Source: a virus
Length of the DNA: 64,000 nt
Strand: one strand, 5' to 3'
Virus record (IMG/VR): IMGVR_UViG_3300032073_000011
Coordinates: 1 to 64,000 of that record
Shown: piece by piece, positions 17,822-26,893 of the stretch
How positions within the stretch are numbered: the first letter of the stretch is position 1
Layout of the letters: the number at the start of each line of letters is the position of its first letter
The notes under the pieces: model-generated
What the model was told of the DNA's origin: nothing
Databases searched by the model: none
Seen by the model: the letters and a program-made list of their open reading frames with translations, nothing else
Made by a program: the position numbers and the translations under genes

Positions 17822-18372
17822 AATATTTCAAAATTAAATGATGGGTTTATGTCGGTCCAATATTCATTATAATTACTTCTAGATACTATACCTTTAAAGT
17901 TTTCTATACCATCAACTAAGACATTATGTCCTATAAACTCATTAGGTATGTTTTTATTTTTACATATCTTATCTATTAGTTTTTTAGTTGTTTCTATTTG
18001 TTTATCAGTATATTTGTCCCAAAATAATTTATTTCTCCACTTTTTAGAGAATGTCTTACTACTATAAATATCCCCTAACCAATCAACATACTTACCATCC
18101 GTACTTCTTCTCTTTAACCAACCTCTATTTTCTAAACATACCACAATAACACCATCTTCTCTATAACCATAAAGGTAATGTTTGGATACATCTTTGTGTG
18201 TGGGTGTGTGTATTTTACCTTTTTTATCTATTATGTAGTTAGGTATTTTTTCGTAGTTACCATTATTTCTAAACTTTAGTGCGTTTAGATAATTTTTAAT
18301 GTCTCTATTAGTATTACATAACAGTATTTGATTTACATTATCTTCCCTTATATCTAAGTGTTTTGTTGTCAT
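17818..18372 (-). CDS. N-acetylmuramoyl-L-alanine amidase (Amidase_2)-like protein, Zn ligands apparently degenerate
   Basis: Pattern NYIIDKKGKIH, VVCLEN.G, YT..QIE....L...IC, GIVS..., DINP.F. Confidence 0.6.
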   Translation of the reverse strand: MTTKHLDIREDNVNQILLCNTNRDIKNYLNALKFRNNGNYEKIPNYIIDKKGKIHTPTHKDVSKHYLYGYREDGVIVVCLENRGWLKRRSTDGKYVDWLGDIYSSKTFSKKWRNKLFWDKYTDKQIETTKKLIDKICKNKNIPNEFIGHNVLVDGIENFKGIVSRSNYNEYWTDINPSFNFEIL

Positions 18373-19675
18373 CTTGCTGTTCTTTTTTACTAATGTTAAG
18401 TGCTTCTGCTAATTTTTCAAGGTCTTCTTCTGTAGGATTTATAGGACTTATCTCCTCCAGTGTCTCTTTTTTACCCACTTCTTTACTTAATTCTATTAGT
18501 TCTTCTTCTTCTAAATCTTCATTAGATTTAATAACTCTAACATCTTTTGTGTTGTCAACTATTAATGTTTGTGTTGTATCTGTTAACCTATCTAATGAAA
18601 TGTCCGTCTCATCGTAATGTAAACCGTCATTACCGTTTTGACCTATAATATTCATTCTTTGTTCATCTATGTCTACTACGTCTTCTTGTGTATCGTGTAA
18701 ATAATTTTCTAAATCTTCAAAGTATTGTTCATCTAAAAGTTCTTGGTCGAATAATTCTTTGTCTTTCGTTTCATCTTTTTTATCTTCTCTAACAAGAGCT
18801 TCGGATACTTCTTCCATGGTATATGGGGTGTTGAATTCTAAACCGTCTGGTTTTGACATTTTAACCTCATTTTTAGGTCTTATTTGGGCAAACGCAAAAT
18901 TAGCGGCTACAACCAATGCAATTGCTAATGGGTCGAACACAAATATAATTAACAATAAAAACCAATTAACCACTTCATTCATCGGTTTACCTGTGGTTTC
19001 CGCCAAATATTTTAAAGGCCCTAATTCTCTTTCGGCTTCATTACTTACTTCTTTATCTAATAATAATATATCAGTAGATGATATAGAATCTAGAACAGCT
19101 TCCAATTTTACATTTACATCATTCCTATCAACAATTGTTAATTCCAATTCTTTTTGTAAAGCTCTTCTTGTAGAACTGGATGTTGTTGTAATTACTTGTT
19201 CCGCTTCTTTATCATAATAAGATACGGATGCAGGATTAGATAGTGATACTCTTAAATCCGATATTGTTTTATTGAGTTGGGTTTTCTCAATTGTTAAATC
19301 TGTTTTTTGTTCTTCAAACCTAATTTGTTTTTGATTTATTATTGCTAAAGATTTGTCTAGGAGTTCGGATTTAGTGGCGGTTTCTTGGTAAGCACCTGAT
19401 AAGAACCCGTATATTCCACCACTGGTAATTAAAATTAGTATAAAACACGCTAATGAAAGATATATTTTTAATGCTCTATTAATTGTGTCCCAGTATTGGT
19501 ATAGTAAAGAGGCGACTACCAGTTTCGCAAATTCTAATGAACCGGCCATTATTATTACTTGGGTGGAGGCTCCCGCAAACAATTTACTCAATCCAAACAC
19601 CGAATAAAATGCTGCAGAACCAGATACTGCCAATGCAGATAACGCAATTAATAAAGGAAAAAGTCTTTTTTTCAT
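18338..19675 (-). CDS. multi-pass membrane protein with long coiled coil and acidic tail
   Basis: Three N-terminal TMs (AAFYSVFGL..LFAGA, LE.AKLV, TS.GIYGFLS), ELGPLKY, and a TM ending IFVFDPLAIAL. Confidence 0.8.
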   Translation of the reverse strand: MKKRLFPLLIALSALAVSGSAAFYSVFGLSKLFAGASTQVIIMAGSLEFAKLVVASLLYQYWDTINRALKIYLSLACFILILITSGGIYGFLSGAYQETATKSELLDKSLAIINQKQIRFEEQKTDLTIEKTQLNKTISDLRVSLSNPASVSYYDKEAEQVITTTSSSTRRALQKELELTIVDRNDVNVKLEAVLDSISSTDILLLDKEVSNEAERELGPLKYLAETTGKPMNEVVNWFLLLIIFVFDPLAIALVVAANFAFAQIRPKNEVKMSKPDGLEFNTPYTMEEVSEALVREDKKDETKDKELFDQELLDEQYFEDLENYLHDTQEDVVDIDEQRMNIIGQNGNDGLHYDETDISLDRLTDTTQTLIVDNTKDVRVIKSNEDLEEEELIELSKEVGKKETLEEISPINPTEEDLEKLAEALNISKKEQQDDNKTLRYKGR

Positions 19676-19696
19676 TTTTATCTTTATTGATAAATA

Positions 19697-20494
19697 TTAA
19701 TCAGCTAGGTATTCTAACAGTTGGTAACTATCATTTCTTAACTTTCTTAGTACTTTTTCTTTAATTTGTCTAACTCTTTCCTTAGTAAGACTTAGTCCGT
19801 CACCAATTTCTTGTAAAGTCATAGGTGTCCCACATAACCCATAATAATCTATAATAATGTTTCTTTCTCTCTCATCTAATGAAGACATAAGTTTATAGAG
19901 TTCATCTTTTAAATTAACTTCATCAGCAAAAATGTCTTCTGGATTTTCAGCGTCTGGATTTGCCAGTATATCTATTAAGGTATCCCCCTCTTCATTTATT
20001 GGTCTATCATAATTTATAGTAACTGGTAACATAGCTAGTTTACTATTCCATTTTTCTATTTCTTGGCTAACTTTTTTCTTTTCTCTTTGTAACTCTTGAA
20101 TTATGTTTACTGGTAGTCTTATTGTTCTCGCATTTTCATTAAGACATTGCAATATAGATTGTTTTACCCACCACACAGCGTAAGAGATAAATCTAAATCC
20201 TTTGTTCCAATCAAAGTTTTTTATAGCTTTAAGTAACCCATAGTTACCCTCCGCTATTAAATCTGATAGTTCAACACCTTGTCCTTGGTAATCTTTGGCT
20301 ACACTAATAACAAATCTTAGATTACCTTCCAATAATTCTAAATGTACTTCTTCCCTCACTTCTATAGGTGTTTTTTTATCTAACATTAGTTTAGCTAGCT
20401 CTTTTTCTCTAGCTGGTGTAAGTACTTTTCTTTTTCTCACATCTTTTAAATAATGTGATATTTCTGCCTGATTTATAAATGTATTTTTTGCCAT
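19697..20494 (-). CDS. RNA polymerase sigma-70 factor (Bacteroidota RpoD-like, no region 1.1)
   Basis: Region 2 NLRFVISVAK..Q, DLI.EGN.GL.KA, FISYAVWW..QSI, RTIRLP. Region 4 TLQEIG..L.LTKERVRQIKEK. Confidence 0.92.
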   Translation of the reverse strand: MAKNTFINQAEISHYLKDVRKRKVLTPAREKELAKLMLDKKTPIEVREEVHLELLEGNLRFVISVAKDYQGQGVELSDLIAEGNYGLLKAIKNFDWNKGFRFISYAVWWVKQSILQCLNENARTIRLPVNIIQELQREKKKVSQEIEKWNSKLAMLPVTINYDRPINEEGDTLIDILANPDAENPEDIFADEVNLKDELYKLMSSLDERERNIIIDYYGLCGTPMTLQEIGDGLSLTKERVRQIKEKVLRKLRNDSYQLLEYLAD

Positions 20495-20552
20495 TATATT
20501 AATTTTTATTAGTTACTCTGTTATAGTACAATAAGCGTACCAAAGAATATTG

Positions 20553-20569
20553 ACTGACTTTTTGTCAGT
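20553..20569. promoter_or_regulatory. inverted repeat ACTGAC-N5-GTCAGT in the sigma 5-prime leader
   Basis: Read directly. It lies between the promoter (20585-20615) and the sigma ATG. Confidence 0.4.
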
Positions 20570-20584
20570 TATATTATATGAGTA

Positions 20585-20615
20585 CAAATATAAAAAATTA
20601 ATTTGTTTCCGACAA
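20585..20615 (-). promoter_or_regulatory. TTG-N20-TATATTTG promoter of the sigma gene
   Basis: Matches the Bacteroidota -33/-7 consensus. Confidence 0.7.
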
Positions 20616-20632
20616 GATTTTGTTGGATTATT

Positions 20633-20977
20633 TTATATACAGTAGTTTTCTTTAACTATTTGGAGTGCATCTTCTGCGTTTTCAAACCCTCCGGTTAAAC
20701 TCCATACCATTCTTTTACCTTCTATACTATCTATAACCATTACAGGTGTGAATTTAACATTATTTGGGTACTCTCTTGATAAGTCTACAAAATCCCAACG
20801 ATTATCCGCTTTTTCTTTATCCCAATTCTCTGTGTTGGTTCTGTCCGATGCGTGAGTTATAGATTTATTTTCAAAAGGTATTTTTTCCTCTGTTAATTTT
20901 TCTTTTAACTCTAGACAATCTGGACATGCATCTTCTGTGTAAATTGTTAATTTATAATTATCAGTATCTAATTTCAT
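20633..20977 (-). CDS. glutaredoxin/NrdH-like thioredoxin-fold protein
   Basis: IYT..ACPDC..LK..L and a cis-Pro region TPVMVI. Confidence 0.75.
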   Translation of the reverse strand: MKLDTDNYKLTIYTEDACPDCLELKEKLTEEKIPFENKSITHASDRTNTENWDKEKADNRWDFVDLSREYPNNVKFTPVMVIDSIEGKRMVWSLTGGFENAEDALQIVKENYCI

Positions 20978-20983
20978 TTTTTT

Positions 20984-21541
20984 TTACTTATTAAATTTAT
21001 TTAAAAATTCCTTCTCTTCATTGGTTAGACTATCTATACCTTCATCTAGTATTTTATCCAATAGTCCATCAATGGTCATAGGAATTAACTTTGTTTCTTT
21101 AAAACTACTAATTTTTTGATTTTTGTCAATATTTTTTTTTAATTTTTTTACTCTGTCGTTAACTATAGATTTTAGTTGTTGAGTTAGTATCTCGGCAACC
21201 TTCGGGTCTATGTGTTTATATTTTCGTTTACTTCTCCCAAATAAATGATTTTTTAAATTTTCATCCAACCTATAAGATAGTTTTCTAGGCTTTGGCATAA
21301 GAAATAGTGTGTTAATGAAGGGTGAAAGAAATTCTTTTAATATCTCATCTATTTCTTCAAAAGATAATCTAGATTTTACACACATTATTATTACGTGGTC
21401 TCCAGTGATGAAAGTAAATTCTTCTTCAGTAACTATAGTTTCCATAACATCTCTAATGTTATTGACCACCTCAGCATTTTTTTCAATCATACTCCAATTA
21501 CCGAACATAAATAAAAGATATTGTTTAACTCTTGGTCCCAT
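20984..21541 (-). CDS. hypothetical protein with C-terminal DUF6576-like motif
   Basis: IDGLLDKILDEGIDSLTNEEKEFL, with TATTTATA 4 nt upstream. Confidence 0.7.
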   Translation of the reverse strand: MGPRVKQYLLFMFGNWSMIEKNAEVVNNIRDVMETIVTEEEFTFITGDHVIIMCVKSRLSFEEIDEILKEFLSPFINTLFLMPKPRKLSYRLDENLKNHLFGRSKRKYKHIDPKVAEILTQQLKSIVNDRVKKLKKNIDKNQKISSFKETKLIPMTIDGLLDKILDEGIDSLTNEEKEFLNKFNK

Positions 21542-21554
21542 ACTATATAAATAT

Positions 21555-23882
21555 TTATCTTAGTTTAGAAATATTACTTTCTTTGTTAATTGTTATTACA
21601 TTATCTGACCATTCCCTAACTAATGGATTATGGGTAATTAAAAATATATTTTCAAAATAGTCCTTTACTCGACTAAAAAATGTACCCACTTGGTCTAGGT
21701 TTTCGTTACTTACCTTACCCAATACCTCATCAAATACTGTTATATTAGGTCGAGGTAAACACGATACTTTAGTCAACACAGTTCTAATTGCTAATGATGC
21801 AAGTGTTTTTTCAAAACCACTACCAGTAACTAATAATTTTTCTACACCAGTATTATTATCTACCATCCAAAACTCTACCTCATTTTTATCACTAACTCTT
21901 ATTTCAACCATAAAATTAGTTACGTCGGATAATAACCTCATTAATTCACTATTAAGTTGTGGTACAACACTTTTAACTATTGTTTTTATTATTCCATTTT
22001 TACCAAATACAGTTAAGTAAGCTCTAAAAATTTCTTCAACTTCATTTTCTTTTTTAATTTTACTTATCTTAGTATTGTGTTCCACTATAGTATCTTCAGC
22101 TACTTTTATCCCATTAATATTACTTTCTATATCCCTTATTAAAGAATCTTTATTTGTTTTTAGTATGTCTATGGTAGAGTTGGTGGTTAATATTTTTTTA
22201 TCTATTTCTGCATTTTCTTCAAGTTTATTCTTATTGTTCTCCCATTCTTCCAATTTATTTTTTACCTCCCTTATATCTAATTCTTTTTTATTTATTTCTA
22301 ATACTAATCTTTCTTTTTTTAACATTTCTTTCTCATACTCATCAAAAACTGTTTTTTTGGTCGTAAGTTTATCTACATCTTCATTTAGATTAGTTAGTTT
22401 TATTTCTTCCTTATTTATTGTGGTGGTTAGTTGGTTTACTTCTTTTTTTAAGGATTCAATCTCATCTGTATGGTCGACATCTTTTAAAGGTTGTTTACAA
22501 GTAGGGCATATTTCTGCCTCTATTAAATTTTTTAATGTTTTGTTTAAATTTTTTAAATTAGTTGTATTTTGTATCTTTTTATGTAAGGTATTATCTCTCT
22601 CTTTTGTCTTATGACTTAAAATTTCTAAGTCTACCTCTTCTGGGATTTCTTTATCCCCATAAGCTTTTAATTTTAAATCTAAACTTAATAAATTTAAATT
22701 ATTTTCATCTAAATTTTCTTTTAGTAACCTAGGATTTACCTTCTCTATTTCACTATCTATATCAGTAAATTTTTTACTTATTAATTCGTCCCTATTTTTA
22801 TTATTATTTAAAAGTTCAAGTTCTACTTTTTTTAAATTTTTTTCATTCTCTATGTTATTTTGTGTTAAGGTATTTTTTGTTTCCTCTTCTTTTTTAATAC
22901 CTTGTTTTAAATCTTCAATATTATAAACATTAGATATTAATTTTTTTGACCAAGCGGAATACATTTCTTTACATGTTTTTTCTTTGTCTTTTAAAACTTC
23001 TAGACCTATAAATCTACTTAAAACATTACCTCTTTCTGTAGGTTTTGACTCTATAAGTGATTCTAGGTTACCAGCGGTAGATAAAACTGTTAATAAAAAA
23101 TCATTCATAGTACCAATAGATTCCTTTATAAACTTTTCCGTTTCTCTTCTTTGTTCACCTGTAAAATTTTGTAATGAACCGTCTTTTTTTCTTTCTAAAA
23201 ACTCTAAACTGGTACTAACAGACCAATCTCCCTTTTTTGTCTTTCTTCTTTTAATTTTTCTAACTATAATATAATCTTTTCCATCTATTTCAACTTCTCC
23301 TTGAACGAAAACTTCATTACTTTTTCTAAATCTATTAAAAATATCAATTGCTTTAGTAGTTTTGGTTGTGGTGTTAAAGAATAAGAATAGGATTAGGTCT
23401 ACAGCTAAAACGGATTTACCACCAAAATTGGGTGGGTTAGAGTCTATAACGGTAATACCCCCTAGTTTTTCTACATTTAGTGTGTTATTATCCCCAAATG
23501 ATAGGAAATTAGAAAATTTTATATTTTTAATATATACTCTTTTGTATTTGGTGTCCATTTCGACTTCATCCGCAATTTTTGCGTTTACCTTATCATCTAA
23601 TCTTTTCAACAAATCTATATCCACTCTCATATCATTTGCCATAACAAATTGTGACATAAGATTTCTTTGGTATGTTGTGTCCATCACATTTTGGTCCAGG
23701 TCTATATCTAGTTCGTTACCAGAATTTCTATCAATAGCTCTAGTAAGGACTGTTACATTCTTAGAATTGTATTTGTTTTGGAAGTAACTTCTAACTCTTT
23801 TAATCCTTTCTTGTGTAAAATTCTCTGGTATGTCATCCCATGTTACCTTAATAAAAGGATTTTCTAACTTATCTATTTCCAT
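21555..23882 (-). CDS. SbcC/Rad50/gp46-like SMC ATPase with about 115-aa N-terminal extension
   Basis: NFLSFG, Walker A NFGGKS, coiled coils with CPTC zinc hook, signature SGFEK, Walker B VFDE, LITH. Confidence 0.92.
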   Translation of the reverse strand: MEIDKLENPFIKVTWDDIPENFTQERIKRVRSYFQNKYNSKNVTVLTRAIDRNSGNELDIDLDQNVMDTTYQRNLMSQFVMANDMRVDIDLLKRLDDKVNAKIADEVEMDTKYKRVYIKNIKFSNFLSFGDNNTLNVEKLGGITVIDSNPPNFGGKSVLAVDLILFLFFNTTTKTTKAIDIFNRFRKSNEVFVQGEVEIDGKDYIIVRKIKRRKTKKGDWSVSTSLEFLERKKDGSLQNFTGEQRRETEKFIKESIGTMNDFLLTVLSTAGNLESLIESKPTERGNVLSRFIGLEVLKDKEKTCKEMYSAWSKKLISNVYNIEDLKQGIKKEEETKNTLTQNNIENEKNLKKVELELLNNNKNRDELISKKFTDIDSEIEKVNPRLLKENLDENNLNLLSLDLKLKAYGDKEIPEEVDLEILSHKTKERDNTLHKKIQNTTNLKNLNKTLKNLIEAEICPTCKQPLKDVDHTDEIESLKKEVNQLTTTINKEEIKLTNLNEDVDKLTTKKTVFDEYEKEMLKKERLVLEINKKELDIREVKNKLEEWENNKNKLEENAEIDKKILTTNSTIDILKTNKDSLIRDIESNINGIKVAEDTIVEHNTKISKIKKENEVEEIFRAYLTVFGKNGIIKTIVKSVVPQLNSELMRLLSDVTNFMVEIRVSDKNEVEFWMVDNNTGVEKLLVTGSGFEKTLASLAIRTVLTKVSCLPRPNITVFDEVLGKVSNENLDQVGTFFSRVKDYFENIFLITHNPLVREWSDNVITINKESNISKLR

Positions 23883-23886
23883 GTCT

Positions 23887-23917
23887 TAAATATCGTATAT
23901 TTATTAGTATAAATCAA
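23887..23917 (-). promoter_or_regulatory. TTG-N20-GATATTTA promoter overlapping a divergent TATTTAT (23898-23904, + strand)
   Basis: Both motifs lie in the 41-nt divergent gap. Confidence 0.5.
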
Positions 23918-23923
23918 TATGAA

Positions 23924-24649
23924 GTGAAAATTAGAATAACAGAAAATCAGTACACTAAATTAGTTAAGGAACAGAGGATTAGTATAGACAAAATTAAGAA
24001 AAATATTCCTGACCCACTAAAGAAAATAGCGGAAGCTATTATCAATAGATTAACTAACCCTAGTCCTGCTGATTATAAAGCATTACGTGAGTTATCTAGA
24101 AGTAGATTAGAAAAAGTTTTAAGTTATATTCCTTCTAAATACAAAAATAATGGTGATGCTCCAACTTTATACCCAATACTCACTTTACCAAAAAAAATTA
24201 ATAGTTGTTATGGGTATAGGACTGCTACTGGTACTAATAGAATGCACAGTGGTGTTGACTTGGATACAACTGATTTAAATGATGAACAACCCCTTATATC
24301 TACATGTGCTGGTATAATAAGTAAATCTAATGATGATACGGGGGGTGCTTGTGGTGGTTTTATAAAAATCAATTGTAACAATGGGGATTCTGTTGGTTAT
24401 TGTCATCTTAAAGTTGTTAATGAAAACTTATATGGTTTAAAAGTACCTAAAGGATTTCCTATTGGTGTGTCTGGAGGTGGGATGCATGACCACGGTACGG
24501 GTAATTCTTTGGGCCCACATTTACATTATATAATTTGGAAGGGTGGTAAAAAAGTTAACCCTATAAACGTAATGGATGGTGGACATACTATTCCTGCAAG
24601 TGGTAGTGAAAATAGAAAGGGTAAATACTGTGACCCTAACGTGAGATAG
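23924..24649 (+). CDS. M23 family metallopeptidase with ITENQ leader
   Basis: HxxxD (HSGVD), YCHL, and HxH in GNSLGPHLHY. GTG start. Confidence 0.88.
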   Translation: MKIRITENQYTKLVKEQRISIDKIKKNIPDPLKKIAEAIINRLTNPSPADYKALRELSRSRLEKVLSYIPSKYKNNGDAPTLYPILTLPKKINSCYGYRTATGTNRMHSGVDLDTTDLNDEQPLISTCAGIISKSNDDTGGACGGFIKINCNNGDSVGYCHLKVVNENLYGLKVPKGFPIGVSGGGMHDHGTGNSLGPHLHYIIWKGGKKVNPINVMDGGHTIPASGSENRKGKYCDPNVR

Positions 24650-25676
24650 TTTCAAAATAATCTCTAAAAATTTTTCCTTTATATTTTTCCAATTTACTAT
24701 AAAGTTCTCCGTCTTTTTGTTGCTTAATATCTTCCATCAATAAATCTATATCATTTTGTGTTTTAGGCATTAACCCAACTAAAACTTCTGTGGGTACTTT
24801 GGTGGGTGTTGTTTTCCAGTATCTACAAAGTTGGATGTACCCGAGATTTACCCCTATGTTTTTTGTTATTTTTATATTAGTAGAGAAATTTAAAAAAAAC
24901 AGTAGTAATTTTAGTAGTGGGTTTTGGATTACTTCTTTTATTTTGACTTTTATATGGCCCATAGTATCTTTTTTAAAATTTTCAAATTCTACTCTATTTA
25001 ACATTTTAACAAATTTATCTTGGGTGTTTTTAAAATCGTTTTGTGACGATAAGTATTTTTTTTGTAGAAGAATGGTGGACATCCCATTAAAGTGGTTATA
25101 TCGTATAGGAACTTTTTTTATTTGTTTTCCTAAATTTAATATTTTTGTAGAAAACATAACATCCTCAAACCCCCAGTAATAAGTCTCATCATAACCACCT
25201 ATTTCTAAAAATTTTTCTCTTTCTAAAACTACTGGAACTTCTTTTAAATATTTTTTTTGTTTTATTATTTTTAAGGGTTCAATATCACTATGTAACTCAG
25301 GACCCACCATATACACTTTATTAGTTAAGTGACTGGTTAAATTTTTAACCCAAGTATCATCTAATACTTCACAGTCATCGTGAAAAAGAGCGACATATTT
25401 ACTGTTTGAATTTTTTACCCCAATATTAAATGCTTTGGGTAGGTGATTTGGTGTGGATTTAATAATGTTTATTCTTTTGTTTACTACGTGCAAATATCCT
25501 TTATCTAAGAGAATATCTTTAACATTTTGGTTAGGACTATTATCGACCACTATTAACTCAATCTGCCACCCTATATGGTTAGTTGTAGATATAATACTAG
25601 ATAAGGTTCTTTCGGTTAAAAACTTATTATTCAATCCGTTTGTAATTACCACACAAGAGATACTATTATCTACCAT
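24636..25676 (-). CDS. glycosyltransferase family 2
   Basis: ELIVVDN, AFNIGV, DxD-like FHDDC, IGGYDE.Y..G.ED. Confidence 0.85.
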   Translation of the reverse strand: MVDNSISCVVITNGLNNKFLTERTLSSIISTTNHIGWQIELIVVDNSPNQNVKDILLDKGYLHVVNKRINIIKSTPNHLPKAFNIGVKNSNSKYVALFHDDCEVLDDTWVKNLTSHLTNKVYMVGPELHSDIEPLKIIKQKKYLKEVPVVLEREKFLEIGGYDETYYWGFEDVMFSTKILNLGKQIKKVPIRYNHFNGMSTILLQKKYLSSQNDFKNTQDKFVKMLNRVEFENFKKDTMGHIKVKIKEVIQNPLLKLLLFFLNFSTNIKITKNIGVNLGYIQLCRYWKTTPTKVPTEVLVGLMPKTQNDIDLLMEDIKQQKDGELYSKLEKYKGKIFRDYFETISR

Positions 25677-26857
25677 CCTTCTTTTATTGTTCTAACAATA
25701 TATTCTTTATCTTCTTTATTTAACCACCACCCCACTGGTATACAAATCATTTCATTAACTAACTTATCTAGGTTGGGTAAATTTCTTTTGTATTGTTCCA
25801 CACATGAATGTTTATCATTACGTTCATGTATCCTACTAACCATAATCCCTTTAGACTCCATCATGTCCATAAATTTTTTTTGATTTTTAACCCTAATCGT
25901 ATAAATCCAATAAGAACATTCATTTTTATTTTTTATTAGTTTAACATTTTTTAAACCGTCCAATTCTTTATTGTAATATAAAGCATTTTGTTTGTGTTTT
26001 TCTAAAATAGTTTCTATGTGTTTAAAATTACACAACCCTATAGTTGCCGAAACATCATTCATATGAAACTTAAACCCCCATTCTGGTATATCATTTTCAC
26101 ACCTAAAGTCTTTTCGATTATCGTCCCTATCAATGCCATACCACCTTAAAAGTTTTGCTCTTTTATAGTATCTGTTATTAGGTAAAATCAAACATCCCCC
26201 ATCAACAGTTGTTAGGTGTTTAATTGCTTGAAAGCTGTAAATGGTAAAGGCATCATGTTTAGTATTTCCTAATTTTTTACCCTTGTACTCTGAACCAAAT
26301 CCGTGAGCACCATCTTGTATTATCACAGGCCTAAATCCGTATTTATTTTTACATTTTTGTTGTATTTTTTCTACCCTATCTAAATCAATAGCGTTACCAC
26401 CCCAATGTACCAACATAATTATTTTTGTTTTTTCTGATAATTGTTTCTCTAAATCATCTAAACACATATTACAAGTTTCAGGATTAACATCCACCCACTT
26501 TATATTTAAATTATTAGCTAATATAGGCCAATTAGTCGCTGTACAGGTTAAGGGACAACTTAGTACCTCATCACCATCTTGTAAACCAGGCCACTCCCCT
26601 AATTGTGGTGCATAATCAGATGAACTTTCAATGGTGTTTGTTGGGTTTTTTAATAAATGTAGTGTTAAGTGTAAAGCTGAGGTTGCGGAATTTAATGTGA
26701 CTAAATTATCAGTATTAAAATAATTTTTTAGTTTTTCTTCAAATTTTTTAACTTGTGGTCCTTCACCCACAAATCCAGACATTAGAACTTTACCCACTTC
26801 AGTAGGTGCATCTTCTGACATAAAAACTTTAAATAGGGGTATTTGGGTTTTATCCAT
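25670..26857 (-). CDS. DegT/DnrJ/EryC1/StrS family PLP sugar aminotransferase
   Basis: NSATSALHL, GDEV, VHWGG, DGAH.FG, SFQAIKHLTT.DGG (PLP Lys). Confidence 0.92.
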   Translation of the reverse strand: MDKTQIPLFKVFMSEDAPTEVGKVLMSGFVGEGPQVKKFEEKLKNYFNTDNLVTLNSATSALHLTLHLLKNPTNTIESSSDYAPQLGEWPGLQDGDEVLSCPLTCTATNWPILANNLNIKWVDVNPETCNMCLDDLEKQLSEKTKIIMLVHWGGNAIDLDRVEKIQQKCKNKYGFRPVIIQDGAHGFGSEYKGKKLGNTKHDAFTIYSFQAIKHLTTVDGGCLILPNNRYYKRAKLLRWYGIDRDDNRKDFRCENDIPEWGFKFHMNDVSATIGLCNFKHIETILEKHKQNALYYNKELDGLKNVKLIKNKNECSYWIYTIRVKNQKKFMDMMESKGIMVSRIHERNDKHSCVEQYKRNLPNLDKLVNEMICIPVGWWLNKEDKEYIVRTIKEGW

Positions 26858-26861
26858 AATT

Positions 26862-26893
26862 TAAATATAAAATATTATGGATAATAAATCAAA
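26862..26893 (-). promoter_or_regulatory. TTTG-N20-TATATTTA promoter
   Basis: Near-consensus Bacteroidota promoter 4 nt before the ATG at 26857. Confidence 0.65.

Noticed and set aside
181-21553. TATAAATA on the plus strand as T4-type late promoters
   Set aside because: Relative to the adjacent genes, the motif reads TATTTAT in sense on both strands, so the T4 orientation would point away from the genes.
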